64,000 nt of DNA from Eledone cirrhosa (GCA_964016885.1 OZ024740.1:394692001-394756000), one strand, 5' to 3'; positions 13,372 through 25,424 are shown, counted from the stretch's first letter. The notes: a model not told the origin generated them from the letters alone. Numbers and translations: made by a program.

Positions 13372-13630
13372 TAATAATAATAAATTTGAAGACTAAAATC
13401 CAAAGAGGGCCCAATAAGGATAAATATATATAAAATATATAAGAACCGTAGAGCAAATATTTATTTATATATATAATAAATATATAATAAATATATATAT
13501 ATTTATTAAAATAACAGATTAAAGTTTAAGCAAAGAATTACTGCTTTCAGCCTTAACGGGATCTTCTGATATATATTTATTCTTATGGAGCCCTCTTTGG
13601 ATTTTAGTCTTCAAATGTATTATTATTAAT
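13372..13630. mobile_element. Fold-back element family Q copy 1
   Basis: ~60-bp outer inverted repeats (AATTTGAAGACTAAAATCCAAAGAGGGC.../...GCCCTCTTTGGATTTTAGTCTTCAAAT); homologous to 34679-34876. Confidence 0.75.
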
Positions 13631-13659
13631 ATATATATATAAAAGAAAACTTTTTTCGC

Positions 13660-13815
13660 TCTATATGGCTGAATACAATAAATGTAATCTGAGTTTTTCG
13701 AATATTAATAACAACATTCGATTCTTTTGCAATTATGCAAAGAAGCCTAAATTTTATAGCCATGTCAGTAGAATGAACCCCTCATTCTTGCTCTTGTGTT
13801 GGCATGTGAACAGAA
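13660..13815. repeat. Dispersed repeat, second copy at about 61415-61562
   Basis: GGCTGAATACAATAAATGTAATCTGAGTTTTTCGAATATTAATAA...AGCCATGTCAGTAGAAT..CCCCTCATTCTTGCTCTTGTGTTG shared; both near (TA)n. Confidence 0.8.
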
Positions 13816-13880
13816 CTGCAGAACTGCATGTGAACTAATGTTTCTGGGTATGAACCTTCATCAGTACAGCTCACTGTTCA

Positions 13881-13944
<64 letters not shown>

Positions 13945-14816
13945 TATATACTAGCTGACGTACCCAGCTTCGCCCGGGTAAACAGATGATAAGAGAAGAC
14001 AGGTAGAAGAGAAAATGAATGTATTGGATGTTTGTCTGGTTTACAGTATGAGGCAAGACCGTAGTGTGTGTGTGTGTGTGACAAAACAAAAACAGTAAAA
14101 TATCTTCTAGATATACCAGATTCTTCGTTTTACCGTTCGTGCATAGTATATGAAGATTTCTATGTGAACAACTTTCATAGAGAAGGAGAAAGATTATTGG
14201 TGTTAGATATAGAGAGAGGGGTAATGAGAGAGTGCCGTGTAGTTGATATAGAGAGGGAGGGAATTTGGTGGTAGTAGATATAGAGAGTGGTTCTGGGAGA
14301 GATAGGTGGATATAGATAGAGAGAAGGGAGAGGTTGCTGGTAGTAGATACAGGGAGTGGAGCTGAGAGAGTTCGTGTCGTAATAGATATAGAAAGGGGAA
14401 TAACGAAAGAGTGCCGTGTGGTTGATATTGAGTGGGAGAGTTTAGGTGTAATGAATAGAGTGGTGGGGATTAGAAGAGAGTGTATTATGGTAGATATAGA
14501 GAGGGAGAAAGTTTGGTGGCAGTAGATATAGAGAGTGGTGTTGGGATAGATAGGTGTATAGTAGATATAGAGTGGGGGGAGAGTTTGTTGTTATCGATAT
14601 AGAGAGGGGGATAGAGAGTGAGGGGTATTGCGAGAGAGTGTTGAATATTGTAGACTAGCTGACGTACCCAGCTTCGCCCGGGTAAACAGATGATAAGAGA
14701 AGTGGGGTAGAAGAGAAAATTACTGTATTAGTTGTTTGTCTGGTTTACAGTACGAGGCGAGACCGTGGTATGTGTGGGTGTGGGTGTGTGTGTATGTGTG
14801 TGTTTGGGGGGGGGGG

Positions 14817-14879
<63 letters not shown>

Positions 14880-14882
<3 letters not shown>

Positions 14883-15250
14883 TTCTTCGTTTTACCGTTT
14901 GTGCATAGTATATGAAGATCTCTAGGTGTTTCCACTCGTGAACAACCTACATATAACTTTCCATGGGTAAAAAACGATTCTCTTGTATTCAATTCTACAA
15001 CTTTGTAAATCTGAGCCTGAGCTTTATTTATGGCCATAGCAAAACTGGATCTAACAGGGAACTGAAGTCTTGAGAATTTGAAATGCAGCTCGGTGGAGGA
15101 AAGGATAAGTGGAATCTTTGGAATAAATGCATTTTCTCTTTGATGATTGCCTCCAAGAATAATGACCTCTAGGTGATGGTTCATGTTGCGCCTGACTGTA
15201 AAGCTTGTGGAATTCCATAGGCGTGGTTGGTCCACGTTTCTCAAAAGGAT
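14880..15250 (-). pseudogene. Helitron Rep/Hel PIF1-family helicase C-terminal fragment
   Basis: AFIPKIPL...FKFSRLQFPVRSSFAMAINKAQAQ...FFTHGKLYVGCSRV matches PIF1 motifs V-VI (RxQFPxxxxFAMTINKSQGQ...FSHGQLYVAxSRV); runs into (CA)n. Confidence 0.88.
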
Positions 15251-15299
15251 AATGGAAGTTCCAATCTTTTATATTGTAGTAGCTCTGAAGTGTCGTATT

Positions 15300-15703
15300 T
15301 TTCCGCACTATCACCCCATTTCCATATGGGGTTCACCCTAGCTCCATATTTCCATAGTGTGTCACTGAAGCTCCACAGTTCTATAGTGTGCCACCCTAGC
15401 TCCGCAGTACCATAGAGCGGCACCCTAACTTCAAAGTGACATATTTTCCCACACCATCCCCCCATTGCCTGGGGGGGGGGTCACCTTAGCTCCATTTTCC
15501 AGACTGTGTTACTAAAGCTTCCAAGTTCCATAGTGTGTCACCCTAACTCCGCAGTGCCATAGTGCGGCACCCTAGCTCCGAAGTACTGTATGTGGCCACC
15601 CTATCTCTCCATTGCCATACTGCGACATCCTAGTTCCATATTTCTATACTGAATCACTCAAACTTCCCAGTTCCATAGTATGCCACCCAAGCTCTGCAGT
15701 GCC
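15300..15703. repeat. Degenerate minisatellite (CCATAGTGTGCCACCCTAGCTCC-type unit)
   Basis: Recurring CCATAGTG..CACCCTAGCTCC units. Confidence 0.7.
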
Positions 15704-16055
15704 GTATTTTTAATCCGTCACTGACCCTTATTATTTTTAATCCGGCACTTACCCTTATTAATATTAATCCGGCACTGATCATTAGTGCTTTTAATCTGAC
15801 ACTTATCCTTATTAATTTTAGTCCGACACTGATCATTAGTGATTTTAATCCGGCATTTACCCAAATTATTTTTAATCCGGCACTGTCCCTTCTTATTACG
15901 AATCCACCATTAATCATTTGTGTTTTTAATCCGGCACTGACACTCGTTATTTTTAATCTGGCACTTATCTTATTAATTTTAATCGGTCACTGACCTTCAT
16001 TATTTTTAATCCGGCAATAACTCTTATTATTTTTAATCCGGCACTTATCCTAATT
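15704..16055. repeat. 27-bp minisatellite, about 13 copies (TTATTTTTAATCCGGCACTGACCCTTA)
   Basis: Directly visible 27-bp periodicity. Confidence 0.9.
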
Positions 16056-16547
16056 AATTCTCAGCATCTCCCCATGAGTAATGATCTTCCCGGTCTCAGT
16101 ACCACTGACTCTCTCTCACACACTCTCTCTTTCATCTCCCACTGCTCTCTCACTCTCTCTCTCTGAACTTACCGGACGAATGACTTCTGTCCGAAACGTC
16201 GAAACCTCCTCCACTTCCACCATGCTTCAACCTAATATAACTGTGAAAAATTGCCACCTGTGTTATGTTTGTTCCTTTCCAACTATATATATATATATGA
16301 ATTAGTTTTGCGAGGTTTTTAATATGAAATCGTGTGTCGAAACAAATATTGTTATACTTGGGGATGGTCATATTTGTGTAATAATATTGCCAGAATTAAT
16401 AACAGAACACACTCACTGTTTGGTTGGTTTTCGCTTCTGTGTCTTTTATATAAGTTAATTTAATTTATTCGGTCCTCAATGTTACCATTGACTGACCAAC
16501 AGTCAAAAATACAGATACAATATAGACACAAACACATATATATAGTC

Positions 16548-16592
16548 TATCAAAGTTCTTTCGTTGCACATCTGCAACATCGTCAGTGGTGC
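16548..16592 (-). ncRNA. Minimal hammerhead-like motif in Penelope pLTR (second copy about 20719-20763)
   Basis: cacca-CTGACGA-t-gttgca(gatg)tgcaac-GAAA-gaac-TT-tgat: intact core and 6-bp stem II, weak stem I. Confidence 0.55.
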
Positions 16593-16853
16593 TATTGTTT
16601 CTCCCCGTTGCATTGTATGCTTACGCCATCTTTATTTAGTCTGTTTATTTATTTATTTATTTGTTGTTTTTTTTTGTCTTCTCTGCGCATGCGTTTGCGC
16701 GTGTGTATAGTGTTTTGTTTGATGTGTGTTCTTGTTTGGGTGACTGCGTATTGGTTAATGTATTCTATCTTAGTTTACTAGTGTGTGTTTATATGTGTTT
16801 GTTGTTATTGTGCTTGTGTATGTATTTATTTATTTATTTAATTATTTATTTAT

Positions 16854-19800
16854 TTATACTTCTCTTAGGTCAGTGTTGTTTGTTTGGGTGTTGTTATTCC
16901 ATTCATTTTTTCTGTTTAGCCTTGGCCTTCTAAGTTCTATTTCACTGGCCTCTCTCATTTGCCTATCTGCTGGGTCATTTCTATGTTTAGATATTATTCT
17001 AACTTATATGTTGTCTATGTTACCGTTGTGTTGTTGTCTGACATGTTCGTATAGTACTGAACCGTTTTTTCGTCCTTATAGTTCCCCCCAGTGTTGGTCT
17101 ATCCTTTCACCTATGCTACGAGCTGTCTCGCCTATGTACGTTGTTGTCATGTTTCTGCAAGTACCCTCTGTACATTTTAAGCTATAGACTACGTTTCTAG
17201 TTTTACAGTTTATCCTGGGGTTTACTCTACATATGATACATTTCCTATTAGTACAGTGGGTTTTCTTAAAAGGGTAGGTTTTGCTGATCAGGGATTTTAT
17301 GGTGGTTCCTGGCTTTTCTACCACCTTAATCTTTAAGTGGGTCTTTCTCAGGGCCTTTCTACACTGGTTAGCTAATTTCCCTCCAGGGGTAGCGTCCACA
17401 AACATGACACTCTGGTATCTCTGTTTGTCGTACCATGAGGTGGCTTTCCCTATCTTATGTCTAGTCCTATCTAAGCTATTCCATGATTTGCTCCTGTATA
17501 ATGGGCAAATTTCTTTCATGTCCAGTTCTAGGAGGCTCTTATACATCTCCGTGGCTCCTTCGTATACTCTGATTCTGTCTCTTTGGTTGCAGCCAGAGAA
17601 CTGCATGCGGTTGATGAAGTGTTGGATGTGTCTTTCCATTTCTGTTGGGTCGCACATGCGGGACACGTTCATCATCACTCGTACCAAAGCTGCGATCAGA
17701 ATATTAAACTTAGTACTACTGGACATTGCTGAGTTTTTGAGTATCAGGTATTTGGAGGCTATGGGTTTAGCATAGTGTGAGTGGAGAATTTGGGCTCTCT
17801 CGTCTATAGTGTTAATCGAGAGTAGCGTGTCTAATACAGGTAGTCTATTGTTAGGGTGTTTGGAAGGGTAGTCGATAATTACAGTTATACTCTGGTGTAT
17901 GGAATTAGCTATCTGCTGGATGCTTTCCATTGTGCTACGTTCTAAATCAAACTTGTTAGTGCTCTCTTGTGTGGATGTCCTTATTACTATATTGATGTCG
18001 TTTACGTAACGATAGTACATGATGAGGTCTATGGAGTTCTCATCAAGGAGATCTTTGAGTCTCCTTTCCCACCATACCATAAAAAGGTTGGCAACGTTAC
18101 CAGCTATGCTGACGCCAATGGCTGCTCCCTCATTTTGGGTGTAGATCTTCTAGTTGAACTTGAATATGTGGCCCTTTAGGGTAGTTTTGATACTAGACCC
18201 CATTGCATGTGCGACCATTTTTCTTACCTGATCATTGTTTTGGGGGGTCCGTATAGCTTTGGTCCACCCAATCCACCTTCCCATGGGAGTCTTTTTTGCC
18301 ATTGAGGTTATGGTGGGGGCTCTACCTCTTATGGGTCTACTGGGGCAGAAACGTCTAAGGTCATGGCTGTCTAGGTAGTCAGTGTCGTAGGTAAGTCTAA
18401 TTAGGAGGCCCAGTTTGTCTGTGTCGACGTCGCAGAACTCCACCTCACTCTCAATAATCATCTCCACACATTTTTCCACAGCAAAATCAATGTTAATGGA
18501 TGGGTACAGTGATACCACATCCATACTGCCTATTATGCAGTTGGATAGGTTCCTGTTTTTGTTGCAATCACTGATTCTGCTGAGGAGGTCCTCTGTACTG
18601 TCACATACATCTGGGGACATCTTGATTATGGGGCGTATAACCATTGAGAGGAAGTAGGAGATCCTGTAATTGCTAGCCGTATTTGCTCCGCATACAGGTC
18701 TTGTTGGTGGTCCTGTTGTCGGGTCGTCGACTGTCTTGTGGTCTTTGCGGAGACCATTCAAGGGTGGTATGCCATTGTTGGACGCTTGGAAGTTGTTGGC
18801 AGTTCTTCTGCTTGGCTTTAGGATGTCGGTCCACATCCTCATGTGAGCGTTGAGGATTTTCTCTCTCCCATCATGTATTTGCTGTGCAATTTCGCTCGTG
18901 TTGGTGATGTGGGGTTGCATAGCATTGATGTAGTTCGGCATACTGTCTATTGACATCCTACCAGACTTATCCGTGGGTAGACATACTACCTCACCATCCC
19001 TTGTGCGCTGCTTGAGGCTAACCAAGCCTTCTACAGTTTTCCTCCCAAGTTGTTGGACCTCTGGTCTGTTCTGTCTCTTAGTATACTGGTCTACTATTTG
19101 TCTAATCTTATTTCTAGCTATGGTGAACTGTGCCTCTGTTTCGTCATCTATCTGTTGTGGTATGTAAACTCTTTTATTAAAGGGAAACCTCGTAGGATAT
19201 ATATTACCCATTTTATATGTTTTGTCAGCTGGGTTGAAGAATAATTTCTCTAAGGGGTTGTCATTATATCTATCGTCATAGTTGTGTGTGTTGCTATTAT
19301 TGGTATTATGGTGGTTGTTGTTGTTCCTATCATTAGCATTATTATTATTGTTATGATTGCTAGATGTATTGTTGCTCTCATTGTTAGATGTATTGTTGTT
19401 GTTTTCTCCACCGTTATTGTTGTTGTTACTGTTATTTCTACCATTGTGGTTGTTACTTTTATTATGTTTCTTGTTTTTGTTGTGTCTATCATTAATGTTG
19501 CTACATGTATTATTTCTATTATTACCACAGTGGTTGTTGTTGTTGTTATTCGTATTGTTACCGTTATTACTACTGTGGTCGCTGCTGCTGTGTCTGTAGT
19601 TAATGTTTCTATTATTATTATTGTGGTCGTTGTTGTTGTTCTGTCTATCGTTAGTATTATTACCATTATTACTATTTCTCACTCTCCTACTATTGTTATT
19701 GTTATGACTATTACTATTATAGCTGTTATTTCTATACTCAGAGTTATTGTTTATATTACTACTATCGTTATTATTGTTGTTGTTGTCCGTATAGTTGTTG

Positions 19801-20000
19801 TTTACTTTTGCATTCCTACGTATTTTTGTGAAACACTTTTCCAGCTCCGTTTTGCACTCAATAGGGTTAATCTTTTTGTAGATGGCAAATTTTGGTGGTA
19901 GCTGCAGGATTTGTTGTTCTTGTTCACTGATTAAAGTGTTCCCATAAATATTTACTGTGTGGTCATTGGTAAATTCTTCCGGTAGTTCTACATCAGTCAT
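16854..20000 (-). pseudogene. Penelope RT/GIY-YIG endonuclease ORF, disrupted by in-frame stops
   Basis: ORFs 18150-20000 and 17076-18080 share one frame across a TAG; motifs DKSG, RKDHK..PPTRPV, SMDVVSLYPSI, QNEGAAIG, YRYVND (YVDD mutated), LPVLD, CxxxxCxxC linker, VVYSLKC...YIGET; reading through two TAA stops gives RQMREASEIELRRPRLNRKNEW, ending at 16854. Confidence 0.9.
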
Positions 20001-20542
20001 ACGGATATTGTTGGTGTCATCTGGGCATTTTGTGAATATTCTATTTTTCTTTCTTCTAGTTTTTTCTTATTCATCCATTCTAATTTCTTATTGAAATGCC
20101 TATTGCATTCGTTTCGGACGTATTTCGTTTCACGTCGAATGACGCTCATGAAGTCATCCCTCTCGTTTGGTGTGGTGAGATTTCGGACTTCCTTACCGTT
20201 AATGCGTTTCTGTCTGTAAAGTTCGTTGACTTTTGTGTATGTTGTTCTTTTCATATTAACTGTTATTGTGTGTTTTAGTCGTTCAGCTTGTGTTGTGTTC
20301 AATAATAAATTATTTACTTGTTTTGATATGTTTGTTGTTTTTATTTTGAAGGAAACACAGTGTTTTAAGAAGCTGATTTGTTCTGTTGTTATTGTAGTTT
20401 TTATATAACAGAAAACAGTGTCTTTCAATAACCTTTCAGCTTGGCACAAGCTAATGCCATAGCGGCGATGAATTAGTTTTGCGAGGTTTTTAATATGAAA
20501 TCGTGTGTCCAAATAAATATTGTTATACTTGGGGATAGTCAT
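19997..20542 (-). CDS. Penelope N-terminal ORF (181 aa) starting inside the pLTR
   Basis: Basic helical ORF with FLKHC...I motif like PLE N-termini; its TGA overlaps the next ATG (ATGA); its start is repeated in the other pLTR (16371). Confidence 0.65.
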   Translation of the reverse strand: MTIPKYNNIYLDTRFHIKNLAKLIHRRYGISLCQAERLLKDTVFCYIKTTITTEQISFLKHCVSFKIKTTNISKQVNNLLLNTTQAERLKHTITVNMKRTTYTKVNELYRQKRINGKEVRNLTTPNERDDFMSVIRRETKYVRNECNRHFNKKLEWMNKKKLEERKIEYSQNAQMTPTISV

Positions 20543-21277
20543 ATTTGTGTAATAGTATTGCCAGAATTAATAACAGAACACACTCACTGTTTGGTTGGTT
20601 TTCGCTTCTGTGTCTTTTATATCAGTTAATTTAATTTATTCGGTCCTCAATGTTACCATTGACTGACCAACGGTCAAAAATACAGATACAATATAGACAC
20701 AAACACATATATATAATCTATCAAAGTTCTTTCGTTGCACATCTGCAACATCGTCAGTGGTGCTATTGTTTCTCCCCGTTGCATTGTATGCTTACGCCAT
20801 CTTTATTTAGTCTGTTTATTTATTTATTTATTTGTTTATTTTTTGTCTTCTCTGCGCATGCGTTTGCGTGTGTGTATAGTGTTTTGTTTGATGTGTGTTC
20901 TTGTTTGGGTGACTGTGTATTGGTTAATGTATTCTATCTTAGTTTACTAGTGTGTGTTTTTATGTGTTTGTTGTTATTGTGCTTGTGTATGTATTTATTT
21001 ATTTATTTAATTATTTATTTATTTATACTTCTCTTAGATGAGTGTTGTTTGTTTGGGTGTTGTTATTCCATTCATTTTTTCTGTCTAGCCTTGGCCTTCT
21101 AAGTTCTATTTCACTGGCCTCTCTCATTTGCCTATCTGCTGGGTCATTTCTATATTTAGATAAATTAAATTAACTGATATAAAAGACACAGAAGCGAAAA
21201 CCAACCAAACAGTGAGTGTGTTCTGTTATTAATTCTGGCAATACTATTACACAAATATGACCTTCCCCAAGTATAAC

Positions 21278-21314
<37 letters not shown>

Positions 21315-21453
21315 AAGGTAGAACACTGGAAGGTAATATCCGTAGTAGTAGAGTTCTCAGTCCATGGGACGAGTTTGGTAGAAGTAGCTACACAACAGTT
21401 AGTTCACCATACCGAGAACAATTGTTTCATCTCATGCGGATCTTCTCGGACTG

Positions 21454-21665
<212 letters not shown>

Positions 21666-21761
21666 GTATATATATATGTATCTGTATATACATACATGCC
21701 TACATAAAACATACACTCGTTCGTTCATTCATACATACATACATACATACATACATACATT

Positions 21762-22633
21762 ATGGCTGCCCCCTCGTTATTGAGTATGGCCATTGCACGA
21801 TATACCATTTCCCATCGTGCAATGCCTGTGCGTGAAGATATTTTTTAAAGTGAGGAAAGACAGTGCACTGAGCCAATCCCACTCTCTGAGCGACAGTATC
21901 TATAATCCGAAAAGAAGAGAAGATCAACATCATCGGTAACTACTGAGCCGCAGGTTTTATATCGGAGTTATCCCAGTTTCCTGAGTTGACTTCTCCTAGA
22001 AGAATGCCTTGACAAAGGCTAGGGGTCCTTCACTACCAGTCGTTTAACCGCGCGGTACATTTGTATATACATATTTACACACTTTCGGATGGCAGTTGAC
22101 TCTTATGACATACATACCTACCTACCTAGCGACTTGAAAACTCTGGTACAAACACTACAACTGTGACAATTATTGACACATAGTGCTAGGCCCATGGTAC
22201 CATGTGACGACAAGTGCAGAGAGATCTCTAGATATAAAGCAATGCCTGTGCCGTGAAGCTTTTATAGTGAGCAAAGGCACTGCACAAAGCCAGTCCCACT
22301 CTCTTAACCAAGATGATATTTACCAGAAAGAAGAACAAGTCAACATCATTGGATACCATCAGGGTTGCAGGTGTTATATCAGAGTTTTCCTTCTCCTAGA
22401 ATTCTGCCTTGACAAAGGCTAAGGGGTCATCCCTCCCGGTGATTTTGGATGGCCATTGACTCTTAAGAGCTTTTTGCTCTTTGACAGGTTTTGTTTTTAG
22501 TCCTGCAGGATGTCCAAAGTCACCCTCCTCACCAAGAAACCTTGGTGGGGTTGCCAGTTTAGTCGCCAACGACCCGACCATGAGACAGGTTGTACTGGGA
22601 TACATGTTACCAGTAGCACCAACTGGTGACCTG
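21762..22633 (-). mobile_element. Two related retroelement UTR-like fragments between (ACAT)n tracts
   Basis: Segments about 21818-22030 and 22219-22430 share GCAATGCCTGTG..GTGAAG, AGCCA.TCCCACTCTCT and TTCTCCTAGAA...TGCCTTGACAAAGGCTA.GGGGTC. Confidence 0.5.
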
Positions 22634-22692
22634 ACATACATACATACATACATACATACATACATGCATACATACATACATAATACATACAT

Positions 22693-23485
22693 AACATCGA
22701 GGATATCACCCATGACATCAGCAGCTGTCCAAAGATATCATCGCGATACTATCTGCCTATGAGGCATGATGTAGTGGTCAAAACACTGTACAATGCTGTC
22801 CGTAAAAAAGATAGCCCCGATAATAAATACATTAAAAGCTACAGCAATGTGGAAGACATCCATGTACATAATATGAAAGAGTACTGGTGGAATGTTCCAG
22901 TAAAATCCCCAATAAAATGCAGGCATAACAGACCAGATATTATGATCTGGGACAGGGAGAAGAAAGCGTGCACAGTAGTGGAAATTAGCTGCCCAGCAGA
23001 TGCCAATATAATATCAAAGATTAGCGAAAAGGAGAATATTTATGCAGAACTGATGAGAAATCTGCAGATACTACACTCTGATTACACCTTCAGATTTATG
23101 CCTGTGGGCACTGGGGTATGTTAGTAACTGCCTCAATACAAACCTTGAGAAGCTAGGCTTCACAGGAACAGAAAGAACACAACTAGTTAGGAAATTACAA
23201 GTACAATCCATTAATGGAACAGTAAAAATATGTAAAACATTCCAAAAATGTTGCATCTAATAACTGCATATACACATGTACAGATACGAAGCATATACAC
23301 ATGCACACATACAACTAAAAACATACACATCTACACATACAATAACATCCATATCTACACATGCAGACATACATACATATCTACCTAGTTGATGTTGTGT
23401 AAATTCCAATGAGAGAGTCTTGTGTCTATGTTAGAAACCGACTTTCTATTGGGAAAAAATTTGTGAAATTATAAAACCAGAAGAA
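22693..23485 (+). pseudogene. R4/Dong-type non-LTR element 3' fragment (restriction-like endonuclease), in (ACAT)n
   Basis: DITHDISSC end of a CCHC knuckle, RHD, NRPDIMIWD..VVEISCP, KENIY motifs of the PD-(D/E)xK RLE domain; (ACAT)n on both flanks. Confidence 0.85.
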
Positions 23486-24139
23486 CATACATACCTACAT
23501 ACCTACATACATATGTAATTCAAAGTATGTGCTTGTTTAGATATAGTAAAGCATTCAGTAGAGTAGCTCAGTAGCACAGGAGACTGAAATAACTACATAT
23601 TTTAAACTATATAGTTATCCTTCTAATTGCTATGGCCCATTAATAAATCTCTCCTTACATCTCATTATAAACCACTCTTTTCTCTCTACACTTCCCTTTT
23701 CCATTTCTTTCCTTTACACATACAGAGACATATACACACACACAAACACATACACACACACATACACACAAACGCAAATACATACGTACACGCAAACACA
23801 TACACACAAACGTAAATACATACACACGCAAACACATGCACACACACACACTCACATATACGTACAGATGCACATACACACACACACACACACGCAAACA
23901 CATACACACGCAAACACATGCACACACACGCAAAGATATGCCCACACACACACACTCACATACATACACACAAACACACGCATTCACACACACTCACATA
24001 CATACACACAAACACACGCATTCACACACACACACTTACACACAGACAAACATACACATACAGAAACACATACGTACATACACACACATACACCAACACA
24101 CACACAAACATACACACACACACACACACATACACACAC

Positions 24140-24317
24140 ACAAGCATTCACACAAACACCCTCATACTTCTACTTTTTTTTCATTCACTACACAGACACA
24201 CACATTCAAACATACACACACATACACACACACACACACACAAGCATTCACACAAACACCCTCATACTCATACTTTTTTTTTCATTCACTACACAGACAC
24301 ACACATTCAAACATACA

Positions 24318-24356
<39 letters not shown>

Positions 24357-24413
24357 ACACAAGCATTCACACAAACACCCTCATACTCGTACTTTTTTTT
24401 CATTCACTACACA

Positions 24414-24451
<38 letters not shown>

Positions 24452-24748
24452 TACACACACATAAACACACACACATACACAAGCATTCACACAAACACCC
24501 TCATACTCCTACTTTTTTTTTCATTCACTACACAGACACACACATTCAAACATACACACACATACACACACACACACACACACAAGCATTCACACAAACA
24601 CCCTCATACTCATACTTTTTTTTCATTCACTACACAGACACACACATTCAAACATACACACACATACACACACACACACACGCATACACACACACACACA
24701 CAAGCATTCACACAAACACCCTCATACTCGTACTTTTTTTTTCATTCA

Positions 24749-24828
<80 letters not shown>

Positions 24829-24972
24829 GCATTCACACAAACACCCTCATACTCCTACTTTTTTTTTCATTCACTACACAGACACACACACATAAACACA
24901 CACACACACACATATATATACACACACAAGGATTCACACAAACCCTCATACTCGTACTTTTTTTTTCATTCA

Positions 24973-25030
<58 letters not shown>

Positions 25031-25085
25031 ACACACAGACAAGGATTCACACACCCTCATACTCCTACTTTTTTTTTCATTCTCT
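24140..25085. repeat. Compound satellite, about 9 units of 100-125 bp
   Basis: CAAGCATTCACACAAACACCCTCATACTCNTACTTTTTTTTCATTCACTACAC core separated by variable (CA)n; starts at about 24141, 24241, 24360, 24480, 24583, 24701, 24826, 24927, 25040. Confidence 0.92.
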
Positions 25086-25424
25086 CATTTACTGAATTTA
25101 CCAATTTAGACGGAAGTGAATATTTTCAGTTGCATTCTGGTATTCATTTCCGAAATACAATGACATGAATTAAAATAATAACTTCCATCATAAATGCTTA
25201 TTTCCTATCCTGCCTAAGTGTATCACATATAACATATGTCCACGAAATCAAAAATTTGAACTAAAGAACAAAATGAAATAAAAAAGATAGTTATGTTACA
25301 TAACGCAAAAAATTGCAATACTCTCTGGTATGTATGATGTATTACGCACACACACAGACACACACGGGTATACACACACGCACACATATATGTGTGCCTA
25401 TATATACATATATATTATGTATGT

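Larger units (their letters stand above)
13951..16055 (-). mobile_element. Helitron derivative with two tandem 3' ends, a helicase remnant and minisatellites
   Basis: Minus-strand 3' terminus ACCCGGGCGAAGCTGGGT hairpin + ACGTCAGCTAG|T occurs at 13951 and 14655; PIF1 fragment upstream; 5' boundary uncertain. Confidence 0.75.
16297..21277 (-). mobile_element. Penelope-like retroelement, near full length, inserted in (TA)n
   Basis: ~695-bp direct repeats (pseudo-LTRs) 16297-16992 and 20468-21162; inverted partial copy 21163-21277 of about 20522-20637; RT + GIY-YIG frame between; (TA)n on both flanks. Confidence 0.93.

Noticed and set aside
15704-16055. 27-bp regular array superficially like a CRISPR array
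   Set aside because: No unique spacers, no cas genes, eukaryotic context; plain minisatellite.
16165-16283. CGGACGAA...CCGAAACGTCG fragment before (TA)n, reminiscent of a PLE 3' end
   Set aside because: Core mutated and stems not demonstrable; too weak to call.
17000-18152. In-frame stops in the Penelope ORF as possible selenocysteine recoding
   Set aside because: The stops are TAG and TAA, not TGA, and the catalytic YVDD is also mutated; simple decay.
17281-19901. Plus-strand and alternate-frame ORFs over the Penelope element
   Set aside because: Antisense or off-frame shadows of the RT ORF and its AAY tract.
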